A DNA stretch of 64,000 nucleotides. Origin: Vicugna vicugna (lineage: Eukaryota). Position 1 is the stretch's first letter, and every line of letters begins with the position of its first letter. Below, piece after piece: positions 48,659-63,048 of this stretch. The notes below the pieces were generated by a model. The model saw only the letters and a list, made by a program, of their open reading frames with translations, had not been told where the DNA came from and made no database searches. Location of the stretch: the NCBI GenBank assembly GCA_013265495.1, contig MU058636.1, positions 2,108,001 through 2,172,000 of the forward strand, given 5' to 3'. A program made the position numbers and the translations under genes.

Positions 48659-51600
48659 TCTCCCCGGCCAAGTTTTGGTTTTTATTTTCCCCCAACCTAA
48701 GCCAGCCCAATGCCTCTTCAACCCACTCCTATCCCCACACCACTCTATCCCCATCTGTCCCTCTCTCCTTCCACTTGACCTTCCAGTACCTTCCCCTCAC
48801 CTTTCGGACTCAGATCTTCCTTCCCCCACGGTGCCGCCTCTAAGCTGCACCACCTGCCACTGAAACCATGTTGGTTCACCGAGTCCCCCAGCTTACAAGC
48901 ATCTCCCGTGGGGCCCAGCACCTTGTCGTGGTGGAAGTGAGAAGACACAGAAATCAGACTTGGGCCTTGTCCTGGGCTCGCCATCATCAGCTGTGAGGTG
49001 AGGGATACTGGAGCCTGTTGCTCATCTATAAAACAAGCTCTCTCTTTTTTTAAATCTTGAAAATGCCTTAAATTCTAAGTGAATTCATCACTGAGAGGGA
49101 CCAGATCTAGGCACGCCAAGGCTGGGATTCACAGCCCCCGTGTCCCCACTTCACTCACTCATCAGCTGTAAACCCTTAAGCTTTCTCATCTCCTTTAACC
49201 CCTGCCCTGTGTCTCTCGCATGAACAACCACGAGCCTCGTGAGGCCCGCTGAGGGCTTGCTGAACCCTGATTCACAAAATTAATCCTGAACAATAAATGA
49301 GGGAATGGGACTTCCCTGCAAGAGATCAAATGACCCCACGGGCTGGGAAAGTCCCAGAGAGGGGCTGCACTGTTAGGGGAAAAGTGCTAAATGAACACTT
49401 TGACTTGCTGTCCTCCTGAGGCTGGTCTTACTGAGGTTTGCCCACCCCACTGGGCTCTACACCTCGTCAAAGGGTCTGCTCCCACCTGCAGGTCTGGGGC
49501 CGAACCAGCTCCACATCATCATGGTTCCCAAAGAAACTGTGAACTTGGAGTCAAATTCTCCCAACAGCTGCTAACCTTCCTCCTCTCCTCTCCCATCCTC
49601 AGTTCAAGTCGAACTCAACTGGTGACAAGAGTAAACCGATAAATCAGGCCAGCGCCCTCCTAAACCTGTCCCCTGAAAGATCTCCGCTCCTTCGCCTGGG
49701 AACCTGCCGGGACCCACCTCGAGGAGCCCCGCGGCTCACCAATGAACCGTAACCTTCTGAAATGCCAGCCCCCTTGACCTTTTTCATTCCATTACCTGAA
49801 AACACCTGGGAAATGACTTTGAGTTTCAGTTTCCTTATGGGAAGGTTGGAGAAATTATGTCCACTGTGCGCAATTGTTGCACAGATTACAGACAATGCAT
49901 AGAAAGGGATAGACACTGCTTTGGCACCAGAAAGGGCTCACTGATGACATCCGTGACAGCCATTGTCATTAAGTGGTCAGCTGCATTCAAGGGGACAAAA
50001 CACCCCATGAGGCTTCGAGGAAGTATGAAGAACAAGTATTGACGATCATTAGAAAGGTGCACCGGGGCCACAGTCTAAATCCATCACACCCTTTCCTTCT
50101 ACTCAAATCCACCAGGTTCTGCTTCTCCACCTAAAAGGGCACCGAAGTGACATTAAAACCACACACTAGGGTCCGTATTTCAAGAAACAGTCTCCCAAGG
50201 CAGTGGAGGTGTAACTAAAACGCAGCTTTCCAAGGAAATGGGCATGTTTCACAGCTGCTTTGCCCTGTTCATCTGTCACCTGAGGCCTGGGGTCAGGGCA
50301 GTAGTTTCTAGATTCAGTTATGAGAATGTCCATTCAATCTTTAAAATCTGTGAATATGGGCTGAAGAAAATTTGAGAGTTTCTGCCAGTCATCCCAAGAA
50401 ATCTCCCCAAACTGTGCGTCCCTCCCGTCTGCTCCTCACCCTGGGAAGCCGCGCTAAAGTGTGCTCAGAAGACCCCTCTGAAAACCATCCGGTGCAGACT
50501 TCCTATGACTCAGCCTTTTGGTTTAATTTAAACCCAGAATGAACCGTTTGATAGGAATTACAGGAGACAGTTAATTCATTAGAAACAATTAATTTTCATC
50601 CGACTCCCTGTATTCCCACGAAGAGTGGGAAAGGAGGAAAACCTCAGAGAGCACAGAAAAGTGGCAGAGAGGCACTTGGCAGATGAGCGCCCTCTGTTCT
50701 CAGCACTTGCCTGAAACATTAATCAGGGCTGTTGTCCGAACGTTCACGCGGGGCAACCTGTACCTCCCATCCCGTAATTATGTAAGAGAAAGCAGGACAT
50801 GTCCCATTAGCACGTGAGCGCTCCCTTTTGGCTTGTGATGAAAGCTTCCTGTACAAGATGGCCAGCTCTCCTGCTCGGTGGCTCCTTCACACTCAGAGTC
50901 CTGCTAAAGTGGGCTTTGGTGACACGGTCTCCGTTTTGATTCAAGGTTTTGCGTGTGGCAAGTTAAAATTCCCTGTAGCATGCCTGCCCACGTACACACG
51001 GCACACGGATGCAAACTATATGTACACTAAGGGGAGAGCGATGGATATTAAAACGTGTGGTTTGTGACCATATTTCCAAAAGAAGTCGTCTTCAGTGGCA
51101 GCCTCCCTCAGACGTCTGACCTATATGCAGCCCCCAGGAAAGGGTGACTTGCGATACTCAAATTGCTACAAACCTTCATTCCGTAGCTAGCAAGGAGAAC
51201 ATGGGACATAAAACTGTCTCGGCATAAAAATAATGGACATTCATGCTGGTAGTCAGTTAAATTTGGGTCCTTGAATACATTTCTAATTAACTACCATTAA
51301 CAGTTGTTTTGTTTTTGTCCTGGTCATTTCACATACCCCACTGATGCACAAAACTGTTTCTCCCAAATGATCTATCCCCAACACGTCCCTAATGATTCAG
51401 GCCTTCCTTTCTTTGCCAATTTGGTGACGTAAACAACAAAGAAATGCAATTAGGCAAGGCCGCCTCAGAGTTCCTGGGTGCCCCTGCCTTCCTTCAGTTT
51501 GTAGGCCACCCTGCCCCCAGCTGCACTCCAGTAAAAACCCTGGCAAAGCTCACTCAGTCCTGGAGTGATCGCCTCCTCTCGACGCCCCGCCGCACCTGCT

Positions 51601-52139
51601 GCTGGGGCAGAGGACAAGGGTGTCAGAACTGGGGCATCAGACCGTGTGGCAGGAAGTACTGTTTTCTAGCCAACTTCTAAAGCGTGCAATTGAGACTCCA
51701 GCTCTGCCTGACTTCAGAGGTTTGGAAGCAGCTCCTTGAGAGCCATGCATGTCTATCCGGCTTTTCTTAAACAATCGACTATTTTAGCCAAGAAAGTAAT
51801 AAAGTATACTCTGCCCCCCCCACCCTTCCATGAGTTGAGAATCCAATGACTTTTTTTGCATCTAAAGGGGGCTCGCTGGCAAAAGGCCAAATAAAGCAAG
51901 CAAGGTTTTAGGGCTAATTGGGTAAAGAGTGAGAGCGCCTTCCTCTGTGTGGGCTGGACCATGACTGACCAAGGCACCCCCGGCTGGCAGTGAAGGACAC
52001 AGGGCTCAACACCAGCGGTGGAGCAGTGGCTGTATTTTTTTTTTCTTCACAGGACATTATTGACATTATAATTATGGAGTCAATTCTGTACCACAGAATA
52101 CATAATTACATATAAGACTTCTCTTACAACCATTCTACT

Positions 52140-52390
52140 TTAAAAAAAAAATAGAAGTAACATTGATTTGCAATTTTTTTAAATTAAAAAATTTTTTTTC
52201 ATTTTTTGGGGGGAGGTAATTAGGTTTACTTATTCATCTATTTTTAGAGGGGGTACTGGGGATTGAACCCAGGGCTAAGCATATGTTCTGCCACTTGAGC
52301 TATACCCTCCCCCGGATTTGTAATGTTGTGTTCATTTCTGGTGTACAGCACAGTGATTCAGTTATACGTAGGTATGCACATTCTTTTTCA
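52140..52390 (-). mobile_element. Short L1 3' end interrupted by a Vic-1-like SINE (~52175-52313)
   Basis: SINE flanked by gatttgcaat/gatttgtaat inside gaagta...tgatt|tgtaatgttgtgttcatttctggtgtacagc. Confidence 0.8.
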
Positions 52391-55300
52391 AGTTCTCATT
52401 CTATTTTCATAAGTTGGTTTTATTTTTCCCCTTTTAATTTGGCCCTGATCCCCAGAGTTCGCCCTTGGGCCAAATTACTTTATAATTTGTAAGAAGCAGA
52501 AGGGGAAAAAAAAGCAGTGCGCAACAACTAGGAAATTATTTCAAGCTTTTTTGAAGATGACGACGTAATTTTAAGCGACTTGCTCGTTTCACTCATTCAT
52601 AGCTGCGTATTATAGGAAAAGGGAAGCAGAACCGTTACCATTTACAGAAGGGAAACTGAAGCACAGATTAAATAACTGGCCAAGGTCACACAGAAGTCAG
52701 GGACGGTGCCAAGAATAGAACCCATTTCCTTGATTCCCAGTTCTCCACCCCTCAGCTGTGGAAGGGAGATTCTGTAGGTACATACACAGATAGAGTAAGG
52801 AATCACCAAATTCATTCATTGAATTTTACATAATTCAAACATACATGCTAAACACAAATGGTATGTATCTGTGTTTTGCACCTGGTTGGTGCCCAGTAAA
52901 TATCTGTGTGGTTAACAGATGGCTGACAGCATCTTTCGACTGAATACTGATGATGCGTAAAATGCATTTGTAAGATGTGAGCGTTGTCAACACAGTGGAA
53001 GTTTCTCTCTGCATATTGTTTTTGTTCATCACAGATAGCTGATAAAGAAAATGAGGCTTTTGCAAAGAACCCAATACACCCAACATTTTTCCCACTGAAG
53101 ACCAATAACACAGTATGTGTTGCAACTCTAGTGTAATTTACCAGGTTACTCATTCCCTGGCAGTTATAACCTGTGACTGTGAGATGCGGAGAAGGAATTA
53201 AAACCTGGGATCTGAAGACTGTCTGCTCTTATGCCAAGATGCCCTCTCACAATGCCCTCTGGGTTCCTCAAATCCATCCCATCCACTCCCCAAAGAGGGG
53301 CCCCTTCCCAACACTCCAGTGGGGTTCCTTGTTCCTTCACAGACCGTCCGTCCTCCTAGGGGTGGGCAACCCTATCCAAACAAGGCTTCCTCTGAGACTG
53401 GACCAGCCCACCCAGGGCTGTGAGGTCAAGACCAGCTCACGGCATGGGTGGTTCAGGAGTCCTGCTTAGTCCCTCAAAATCCAGCGAGGGAGGTGAAGTT
53501 CTAGAAATCTAGTGTGGGCTCTCGGAGCAGGAGTCCGCTCTTGGGACCGTCCCACTTTGCCCCACGCCGGCGTCAGCCCACCCACAGGTCGGAACCACTT
53601 CCTCCCATGACGGGAAACAGATGAATGGGACAGGCCACCCAACTGAGAAGTCACTCATTCCCCTGTTCTAGCACTTTTGTTCATTCTTACTTCTACTTCC
53701 GCCTAACTTACTCATCTCTATTCCCATTTCCTTTTTGCTTCTTCTGAAAAATCACAGATTCTACTTTCCTCACTCCTACCATCCAGACCTACTAAATTTC
53801 TACGTCTAAATAAAGCACAGCAAAATTACATTTCACTTTCCACAATTTGTGTTCATTTCTTAGCAGTATTAGGTAAAAATCCTCCCTGTTGTGAAACGAG
53901 TTCTACAGTAAGTGGAAAGCTCTGTTCAAGTTCCTTAAAAGTTTTGGAGCCTTGTTTAGAGACATTTACCCTGACAGCAGCAGTAACTACATGCTCGCAT
54001 TTCTGGAGCGCTCTATGCCTTTCCCAGATATGTTACCACTTCCTCTGATTCTCATTCTATGACGTGTACGTAATTCTCTCTATTTCTTATGAACACAAGC
54101 TGTAAACTACACACGTGTGGAAGGTACTGCACGCTCCATACCCTTCCGTGCGCGCCCTGAGTTTATGCTCAGGCCAACAGGGGACAAGTTTAGGACGATC
54201 TATTGAGAAGTCCCTGCCAGTTGCTGAGGATAAGAAGAATCCCCAATTCCACCCCATTCGGTGTTAATAACTTATTTTAATGTTATTAAACGTTCAAAAA
54301 GAACATTCTTGTCTTCTACTACTTGACCACCCGGACTATGCAGAAAAGTAAAAGGGGGAAAGATTCTGAGTTAAAAAAATAACTACCCTTCCCCCTGCCC
54401 TCTATTCTTAATGTTTTATAAAAACAAATTCTAGGTGAATCAAAAACGACAATGTTATTCAGTTACAACACAGCCCAGTAGCTTACCACACTTACTCTTT
54501 TTAAAGGAGGAAATTTCTGTTAAATGTATTTAATTATCCATAAAAATGAAAGAGTTGAGCAGTAGTCCTGATAATTTTAAAATATATACTTATTGGAGTC
54601 CAGGAAACTGTACAAGTTAAGTCTGAACCTCGTTACTTGAGATCTATTGACCAGCTGGCTATATTAAACCAATTAATTTTGAGCTACTTTAAGCAAACAT
54701 ATTCTAACCTCTAAACTAAACTAATTTTTTGGTTGTGGTCCTTATATAGATATATCCCTTCACTAGGGCCTAAAATTCAAATACCAAGAATTATTCTACA
54801 TATTCAAGAGTAATGTGTACGTGTTAATCACCTTTTGACGATCATGAACATGCGCTATGCAAATACATACTATGTGCCCCAGAATAAATAAGGGTTTTTA
54901 AATTCATGAACAGAATATCCCATATTCAAATGTCACTAAAATTCCTGTCTGCAACTGAATCTAAGCATATAAAATAGACTTATATAAAGACATATTTGAA
55001 AGATTTTCACATTTAAAGAGGGTTTCACTTATCTGTCCATTTGAGCTTTTCTCTCTGTGACAGGACGAAACAGAGTTACTCTGCTTGTTTCCTAGTACAC
55101 AAAGGCCCCATATATCTTTCTGAAATATTTCTAAGTTAAATGTACTGATTTAACCACCAAGCATCAAATCTGAACCTGACACAGGTAAGCTACTCAATCA
55201 GTCTGCTGACTTAAAAAACGAGAACTTCTTATGGAAAGGTGCATGTTCAGCAGATAATTTCAAACAACAACATGTTTTTTCAAAATAAATCATCATGAAA

Positions 55301-56670
55301 GAGTTAAAGCTTTCATTTTGGATCTATCTTGTGATTGGTTGAAAAAAAAAGAATGCGTTTAACATTAAGCAAATAAGTCAAAAGGCCAACAAACATTGAA
55401 GACTGAAGGTACTGCTCTGAATCTTGAGAGAATTCCAAGAGGAGTAAGACATCTTTCCAGCCTCAGCAAACTTGCTCTGTAATGTGGGAGAAGGATCCCA
55501 CAGACCAAACAGAAATCGCAAAAAGAGGACGACCTTTCACCTCAGCAGGTCTCATTCCCAAACTATGTTTCACCAGCAATATTCAAACCTCGCTTTATAA
55601 TATGCTCTCACTCATAATTGTTATTTTCACATAGTTACTAACTCTTATCCTAAATAGAGGTGAAATCTTAGATTTGCTACTGTCAAACAAGAAATTAACG
55701 TTATCTATAAAAGGCTATTTTATCTCATAAAAATTCAATCATACTTTTGTCCAAATCTAATAGCTTAAGTTACTTCGTTAATTTATTTGCATGTTAGCAC
55801 AAATATCAAGGCCTCAAAGGGTCCATAAATGTGCTTGCCTACCCCCAAATTAGCAAAATAATACAAAATCTCAGTAGATCTCACTTTCTTTTGGGTGGAA
55901 TCATCCCAGGGATAAAAGAAGGTATTCAAGATTTGTAAGTTCTCCATATTTCTATTCTTAGCAAATGATTCAATCAGATGAGAAATCAGATATGTGGAAA
56001 CAGCGACTTCTCAAGAATTCTGTAACTCACCAGTAACTTTTGCAATCAGAATAACATGAATCAAACAAAAAGTTAAACACAAGATAATGGACTGGAAATT
56101 GTGGGTAGAATCTAGAAAACCAAATAGCCTCTTTTAAGTCTTGTTTATTTTTTTGATCAAGCTGGGAGGATAAAGGACTTCTGAGGAGGCGGGGGATGGG
56201 CTGGCGCTCAATTCTGACAGAAGGAAGAGCACGCAGGAGCAAAGCCTGGGCAAAGGGCTCGTCTTCAACAATGGGAAGGTTTCACGTCACACTCGATGCT
56301 TACAGGATGGGAACGGGGGAAACCCGTGTAATGACGCAGCACTGGAGCCCAAGTCTGGGCGTCCCTGAGTGGAAAACAAGAGACTGGAATTCCAACCCGA
56401 GTTCCAAAGGATGGCTCAGGGGTGACCTTAATTCTGTCCCTGTGTGCGCCTATCCTCAAACTACAAACTAGAGAGAAAAATGATGAACCGGTTAGACACA
56501 AGCAAGGAAGAAGAGTAGATAATTGCCTGCCTTTCCCCAAGGCAGGGAAAACCTTTGCCCTCAATGCACTGCACATCCCAGCTGCAGGCTCCCATCTGTG
56601 TCCCTTAAAGACCGTGAGTCCACGTGTCAAAAAGCATTTGAGAGTTATTCCAGAAGCGAACGGCTCCTAC

Positions 56671-56830
56671 CTTGCTTTGGAACGGTTACGGTTACAGGGA
56701 TGCCAGAACCACCTGATCGTAGGTTGAGGGACACCATAGCTGGTACACGTCAGGATCTGTCTGCTGCCCAGTGGGTAGAGGATCGGGTCCGGAAATGATG
56801 ACACAGCCTTTTCATAAATCTGGGGTTTCA
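56671..56830 (-). CDS. FLT1: FLT1 exon 10 (160 bp), Ig-like domain 5
   Basis: cctttcag|TGAAAC...AAGCAAG|gtagga; VKPQIYEKAVSSFPDPILYPLGSRQILTCTSYGVPQPTIRWFWHPCNRNRSKAR. Confidence 0.97.
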
Positions 56831-57241
56831 CTGAAAGGAGATAAAGAACGACAGAAGTCAAGACAGTTCTAATGACTTTCTCCTGGACCACATAGTCTCA
56901 CTGGTTTTGATGTCAAGGAAACACACACATGAACAAAAATCAAACCTTCATATTTGTCATTTTATGCCAATTTAAAAGAAGTAGAAGTGTTCTGAGAACA
57001 TTTAAAAAAAATGGATTCCATGGTACGTCCGTTATGATCACAATAATAAAAAAAATCATATTGCTTTATGGACGATAAGAAGCAAACATGACAGAGTTGT
57101 GATGGGGGAGGACATGGTTTTAAAACAGCTATTTAAAATGTTGTTTTCTCTGATGTTGCCATACTGACTTTCAACTTGTAAATTTTATCACTAATTTTAT
57201 CCCTACCAGAATCAGAAGAAGGCATGAAATGGCAAACTTAC

Positions 57242-57411
57242 CATTTACAATCAGAGTGGCAGTGAGGTTTTTAAACACATTCGACTGCTTTATGCCCAGC
57301 AAGATTGTGTAATCCCCTGCGTCTTCTGCAGTTACATCTTTGATAATTAACGAATAGCCACGAACCAAATAGCGGGCAGATTTCTCAGTGGCCGGTAACC
57401 CATCTTTTAAC
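57242..57411 (-). CDS. FLT1: FLT1 exon 9 (170 bp), Ig-like domain 4
   Basis: accacag|GTTAAAAG...GTAAATG|gtaagt; LKDGLPATEKSARYLVRGYSLIIKDVTAEDAGDYTILLGIKQSNVFKNLTATLIVN. Confidence 0.97.
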
Positions 57412-59521
57412 CTGTGGTTAAGCGCACGGTCAGTAAGTCATTTGACACTACCTCTCAGACATCACTTCAACATTGCCATTTAAGGACGTGAGCTCGTGGT
57501 TCTACATCTCGAGCCTTTGATCCTCAATAGTCATTAAAAAAAAATACACAGACTGACTTTCCAGTAAAGCCAAGTGTGATCTTTGGACTGGGAAACACTT
57601 CACGTTTGTTGGCAAAGAGGAAGAAATAAACTGAAGGAAGAAAGAAAAGTAAGTGATGGTTCACTGTATCCACAGGGATGCCGGTCACCACTGTGACTTA
57701 AGTATTAACCCAGAAGCACAGGCTGATTCTACCAGAGATGTTTTCCAGAATTCTCCGCAAGGCTCCCACAGCCGTATAAGCGTCATTGTAAGTCAGATCA
57801 ACTAGATCTCTTCTCCAGATAAAACAAAAATAGACTTTCCCATTGTGGCCTCATGTGGAGCTCTTATTAGTTATCTCAATGGTCACGCCAGTTGCCCTTT
57901 CGTAAGCTATAGTGAAACCAAGGTTATCAGGGCTTTTCCCCTGAGGAAGAACAGTTAAGGCACAAAACTCACAAACAAAACATAAATGAACATACAACTT
58001 TTTTTTTTTTTAACTTTAGAGACAGAGTCAATGCCCAGGTATCCTGCAGTCGCATACGGAACTGAGAGTCAGGCCTGAATGCTTGCCCCGTGCTGTGGTC
58101 TTGCCTTATCCGTGTGAGCCTCAGTTTCTCTGGGTTTCTTAAAGATCTCTTTTAGCTCTAAAATTCTCTGATTTTGTTCAGGTACACAGTTCTTTAAATG
58201 GGCACCTTAAATCTGTGTGTAGGAAGCGACTGTTCTGCACAGAGCTTTCGTGTGGGAACAGCGTCCCGTCCTGCTCGTGAATGTGTCACAGTCACGGGAA
58301 CCAATCCCCTTACTCGTGGGTCTCGGTTCCAAAGCAGCTGAAGTGAGCGCGCTCTGCTCTGTGACTACAGGTCCATATTCCTCTACATTATCTCCCATTA
58401 ACAAGTCAGTATTTTCAAAAATGGACTGATTTTGCTTGTTTGTTTTAGGTTCTTGCTCCTTAGTTCCTGAAGAAATTAGTGGATGCGCTCAGACACTGAA
58501 AGAGGAAATACAGCTCCTCTGTGACTCAGTTCCTACTCAGGAAGAAGGCACATTCATTGGAAAGTTACTACTCAACTCTTTAGATATTATGAAACCAAGA
58601 AGAATCTCCTTTCTACTCCCAGCAGCACGAAAGAGCACAGTACAAAGTCTAATTTTCTCTCTAATTCCCAGTTAACTGAGGAGGCTGAAAACAAACACCA
58701 CACCCATATGATCCTGAAAGCAAAACAAATCCTGGTTGAGGAGGTTCTAAAATGGCACCAGGTCTGTATTGTATGAGTGGTTTTTCTCATCAGTTTTGCA
58801 CCATACTCTTTGTTTAGAATATGATGGCTTGAGCCAAAGATACCAGCACTTAAAAATGATTTAACAAAATGATGCAGATTTGAAAGATTACATTGTTTTA
58901 TATCAGGTGTTGTGCTAGCATTAAAAAAAAAAAGCAAAAAGCTGCTTAAGGAGTTTCTGAATATACAAACCTTGAGCCAAAAAACATTTAATTGGTTCAA
59001 GGAGGTCCATTCGTGCACCCCTGCAACTGAATTAAGTCTTGTCTCTATTAATGTTTGTTTAATTTTAAAACAGGACTGGAACTTTCAGCCCAGCTGTATC
59101 TAAAAGAATTATTTTCCGATAATAAAAGAATTATTATCCTCATGACAAGGGCCCACTTCTTCAGGGTTAATAGAGCATGTTACATATTCAAGATGCCCGG
59201 CATAGTCCATTCAGAGGACGCTGACATCATAGGAAGGTTTAGAGAAGCAGAAATTTAGTCACAGTGAGTGAACGACTACACTGAAACGAGCACTCAGAAA
59301 CCCTCATCCCTCGCTCTATCCTGCTACATTATTTCCGCCACCCCCAACCTTTCCCACCCACACCACTCGCAGCCCAGCAACACAGTCTCTCCACGGCTGT
59401 CTAGGAAACTTCTCTTGTTTTGTTTTGTTTTGTTTTTCCCAAGAATTCAAGTCATCGGGCCCCTGCATCTTCTATTGACAAAGCCTATCTTAAACTGATA
59501 TGAACGTAACTGTGGTCCTAC

Positions 59522-59639
59522 CATACAACTTCCGGCGAGGGAAACGCCTTCACTTTCATGGAGAGCCGGTAAGACCGCTTGCCAGCTACAGTTTCCAGCA
59601 CGGGCTGTTTTCGATGCTTCACAGTGATGAATGCTTTAT
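59522..59639 (-). CDS. FLT1: FLT1 exon 8 (118 bp), Ig-like domain 4
   Basis: tttcaaag|ATAAAG...GTTGTATG|gtagga; DKAFITVKHRKQPVLETVAGKRSYRLSMKVKAFPSPEVVW. Confidence 0.97.
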
Positions 59640-60595
59640 CTTTGAAAGGAGAAGGGATAAATCCACTAGGAAAGACTCTCTTTTTGTAAACAAAACAGTA
59701 ACAGAAACCCCAACGCACTGCCTCCTTCAAGGAAGGTGCAACAAGAAATAGAGCTGAATGATGATCAAGTCCATCAGTGAGCCCACATACTGCTCGGTGA
59801 ATAAAATGATTTAAAAGTTGCCTATCTGGTGAAATACTTTCAAAACCAAATGGTCCCAGAGACAAAAGTTGGAAACACAGAGGCAGGGCAAGAGAAGGGG
59901 AAACACTTAACCATCTATGTCACAGTGACATAAAAAGGAGAAAGAGACTTCTAAAAATCTACCTGGGCAATATGAGTGTGATGGGAGAAGGCTGTTTCAC
60001 GTGCTCTAAAACAGTGAGTTTGGCACAAAAAATCAACTGGAATGACCAAGACCACTGATAGAACAGCCCCTTCATTTCTGCTCCTCACAATTTTTCAACA
60101 GTAGAAATAAAGTAGGTTTTTAAGCATTCTAAGTTTAAGTAGTTTCTTTATAGAATTTGCCTCTTGGAATTAAGCAATAATATCAGAATTTCACGAGTAA
60201 AACCAAGGATAAAAGAGCATCAATTCTAAAGTATTTATCACACCACATTTTCTTCTGAATTAGTAGGACCTGAGAAATTTCTCCCAGAAAATAAAGGTAA
60301 AACTGACTGTATTTTTGTTTATAGGAAACCCTAAAATAAGAATGCCACAGAGATTATCATACAATCTAACTGAATCATTCATCACAATGAACTCGTAAGG
60401 AAAGGTTTCTCTGTCCAGTGCAAAAGTGTTACATTTAAAGAGCACTTAATGTGCTTTTGCTCTTTGGCAGTGGTGGGGAGGTGGGAAATTGTGTTTGTGC
60501 GTGACAGTGTGCCTCTTGGCCAAAAGAAAACTGACATGTGTTGTAGAACCCTCCAAAATCTGAAACGATTAGGAAGCGGGGCGTGAGTTGCTTAC

Positions 60596-60770
60596 CATAG
60601 ACATGCACGGAAGTGTTGACAGATTTGAAGGATGGGCCACTCTTCACATGACAAGTGTACAGTCCTTTGTCTTTGCTCTGCACTTTGTCAATAATCAGGA
60701 TGCTGTAGAATACATTGTTATGGGAACTGCGTCGGTCAATTCTTCTCCTTATAGAAGCTCTCTTATTTAT
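60596..60770 (-). CDS. FLT1: FLT1 exon 7 (175 bp), Ig-like domain 3
   Basis: ttctttctag|ATAAAT...GTCTATG|gtaagc; encodes INKRASIRRRIDRRSSHNNVFYSILIIDKVQSKDKGLYTCHVKSGPSFKSVNTSVHVY, matching VEGFR1. Confidence 0.97.
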
Positions 60771-62071
60771 CTAGAAAGAAAATGCATGACAAATGTGGAA
60801 GTAGTCACAGTTTGGGCTTCAAGTTACAGCGTTTCCCAGAGGATTCCTAGCATGAGTATTCTATGCTAAGAGGCAAGCGCACCTCGACCAGGATGCTGGG
60901 AAAGCACAGCTCCGTCTAGGTGTGTCAGATACGGGCTGCAGGAGCGTCTGGTGAGCACTTCATTTTCTTCGCAGGGACTTTCACACACATTATCTCCGCG
61001 GTGTCTCACCACAAGCCAGCGAGACTGACAGGGTCAATGCGCTTTTACAAATGGAGAAATTACAGCATCAGAGACACTGACCAGAGTAGGCTGGGAACTC
61101 AGGTCTTCTGAGGCTAAATCTAACAGCTTCCCTCCAGCACAAACCTGTCCTCTAAGCATGGATATCACACACAATCGCAGGCAGTAATTATCTTTAGTAT
61201 CTGGGTTTAATGACAGTGTTTCTCTTAATAAGTCACTGTGCGGGTTTTCCTTTGCCTTCTTCCTAGAAATGAAGGAAAAGACCACGCATCCAGCTCCACC
61301 TACTAAGGTGTGATACTCCGGGCTTCATTGCTGCATTGTTTGAGAAATGCTTGCCGGTTTCTGCTAGATCACGCTACGTGGATCTGGGGACACCCAAAGC
61401 CATTGACAAGTTCAACCATCGCTCTGGGAGTGAGTGTGGGGTGACGGGGGAAGGGGCTGTCCCCTCAGGGAGAGCCCAGAGCTGGCCTCAGGCTCAGCCG
61501 TGGAAACCAGCCACAATGACCCACTCCTGGTTTTGGAAGATGAAGTCACATTGCCTTTTCCTTTAATTGTCCCTTCCTTTCTTTCTTTTCTTTCTTTTTT
61601 TTTAAGCATTATATTTCATAACACATAATATGTTATTTCCTCCCCTCAGTTTGGCCCCATGAGAAGGGCTGGAAAAGCCTTTGGAAGCGGGCCAAACTGA
61701 TCCCTGGGTTGTGACTCAGCCCTGCCCTGTGCGACAAATCCCACCCACCTGTCCTCTCGCTGCCCTGTTGGACCAGATGCACGTGATGCCACCTTCTCCA
61801 CTCTCCGCACTGACCAGAGAGAGAACACCAGTCATCGCCATCAAAACTCAGAGAATCAGTCCCCCGCACACCAGACGCAGGGACTCTGGGCAGCACTGTT
61901 ACGTGGGTGTTACTTCTCCCTTCTCCCTTGGAGAATGTGTCCCTCCCCAAGTTCGAGTAACAGCGCTATTGCTTCTGCCTCGGAAAGCAGCTGCCCCAGG
62001 GTTAGAGCTGCTTTGTGAGCACCGGCGCCTCCAGCTGGGTGATGCGATCGACGTTAAAATTAAACAAAATT

Positions 62072-63048
62072 CATTAATTTCTTCCAATCATTTCTTTTTT
62101 CTGTTGGATTATAGTTGACCTAACGATGTTGTGTTAGTTCCTGGTATACAGCGGTGATTCAGTTGTTTTATATATATATATTTTTTTCTCCTCCATATTC
62201 TTTATCATTATAGGTTTTTACAAGATATTGAATATAGTTCCCCGTGCTCTACAGTAGGGCCTTGTTGTTTATCTTTTTTAGATACAGTAGTGTGAATCTG
62301 CGAGTCCCAAACTCCAAATTTATCCCTCCCCTCCCACTGACCCCCTGGGAACATAAGTTTGTTTTCTATGTCTGTGAGTCTTTTTCCATTTTGTAAATAA
62401 GTTCATTTGTCATTTTTTTAAAGATTTCTCATATAGGTGATACCATATGATATCTGTATTTCTCTGTCTGACTTATTTCACTTAGTATGATCATCTCTAG
62501 GTCCATCCATGTTGCTGCAGATGGCATTATTTCATTATTCATTCTTTTTTATGGCTGGGTAGTATTCCACTGTGTGTTTGTGTCCATATACACAACTTCT
62601 TTATCCAGTCATCTGTCAGTGGACATTTAGATTGCTTCCATGTCTTGGCTTTTGTAAATAGTGCTGCTATGAACATTGGGATGCATGTATCTTTTCAAAT
62701 TAAGTTTTCCACAGATGTATATCCAAGAGTGGGATGACTGAATCACATGGTAAGTCTACGTTTAGTTTTTTAAAGATTCTCCATACTGTTTTCCATAATG
62801 GCGGCACCAAACTACATTCCTACCAGCAGTGTAGGAGGGTTCCCTTTCCTCCACACCCTCTCCAGCATTTACCATTTGTGGAGTTTTTAATTATGGCCAT
62901 TCTGACAGGTGTGAGGTCTGAGGTGATACCTCACTGTAGTTTTGATTTGCATTTCTCTGATAATTAGCAATAATCAGCATCTTTTCATGTGCCTGTTGGC
63001 CACCTGTATGTCTTCACTAGAGGAATGTCTGTTTAAGTCTTCTGCTCA
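62072..63048 (-). mobile_element. L1 3' fragment (~1 kb)
   Basis: L1 ORF2-end/3'UTR sequence; 17-bp TSD taaaattaaacaaaatt at 62055-62071 and 63049-63065. Confidence 0.9.

Noticed and set aside
54264..54289. AT-rich 8-bp inverted repeat
   Set aside because: Low complexity; expected by chance
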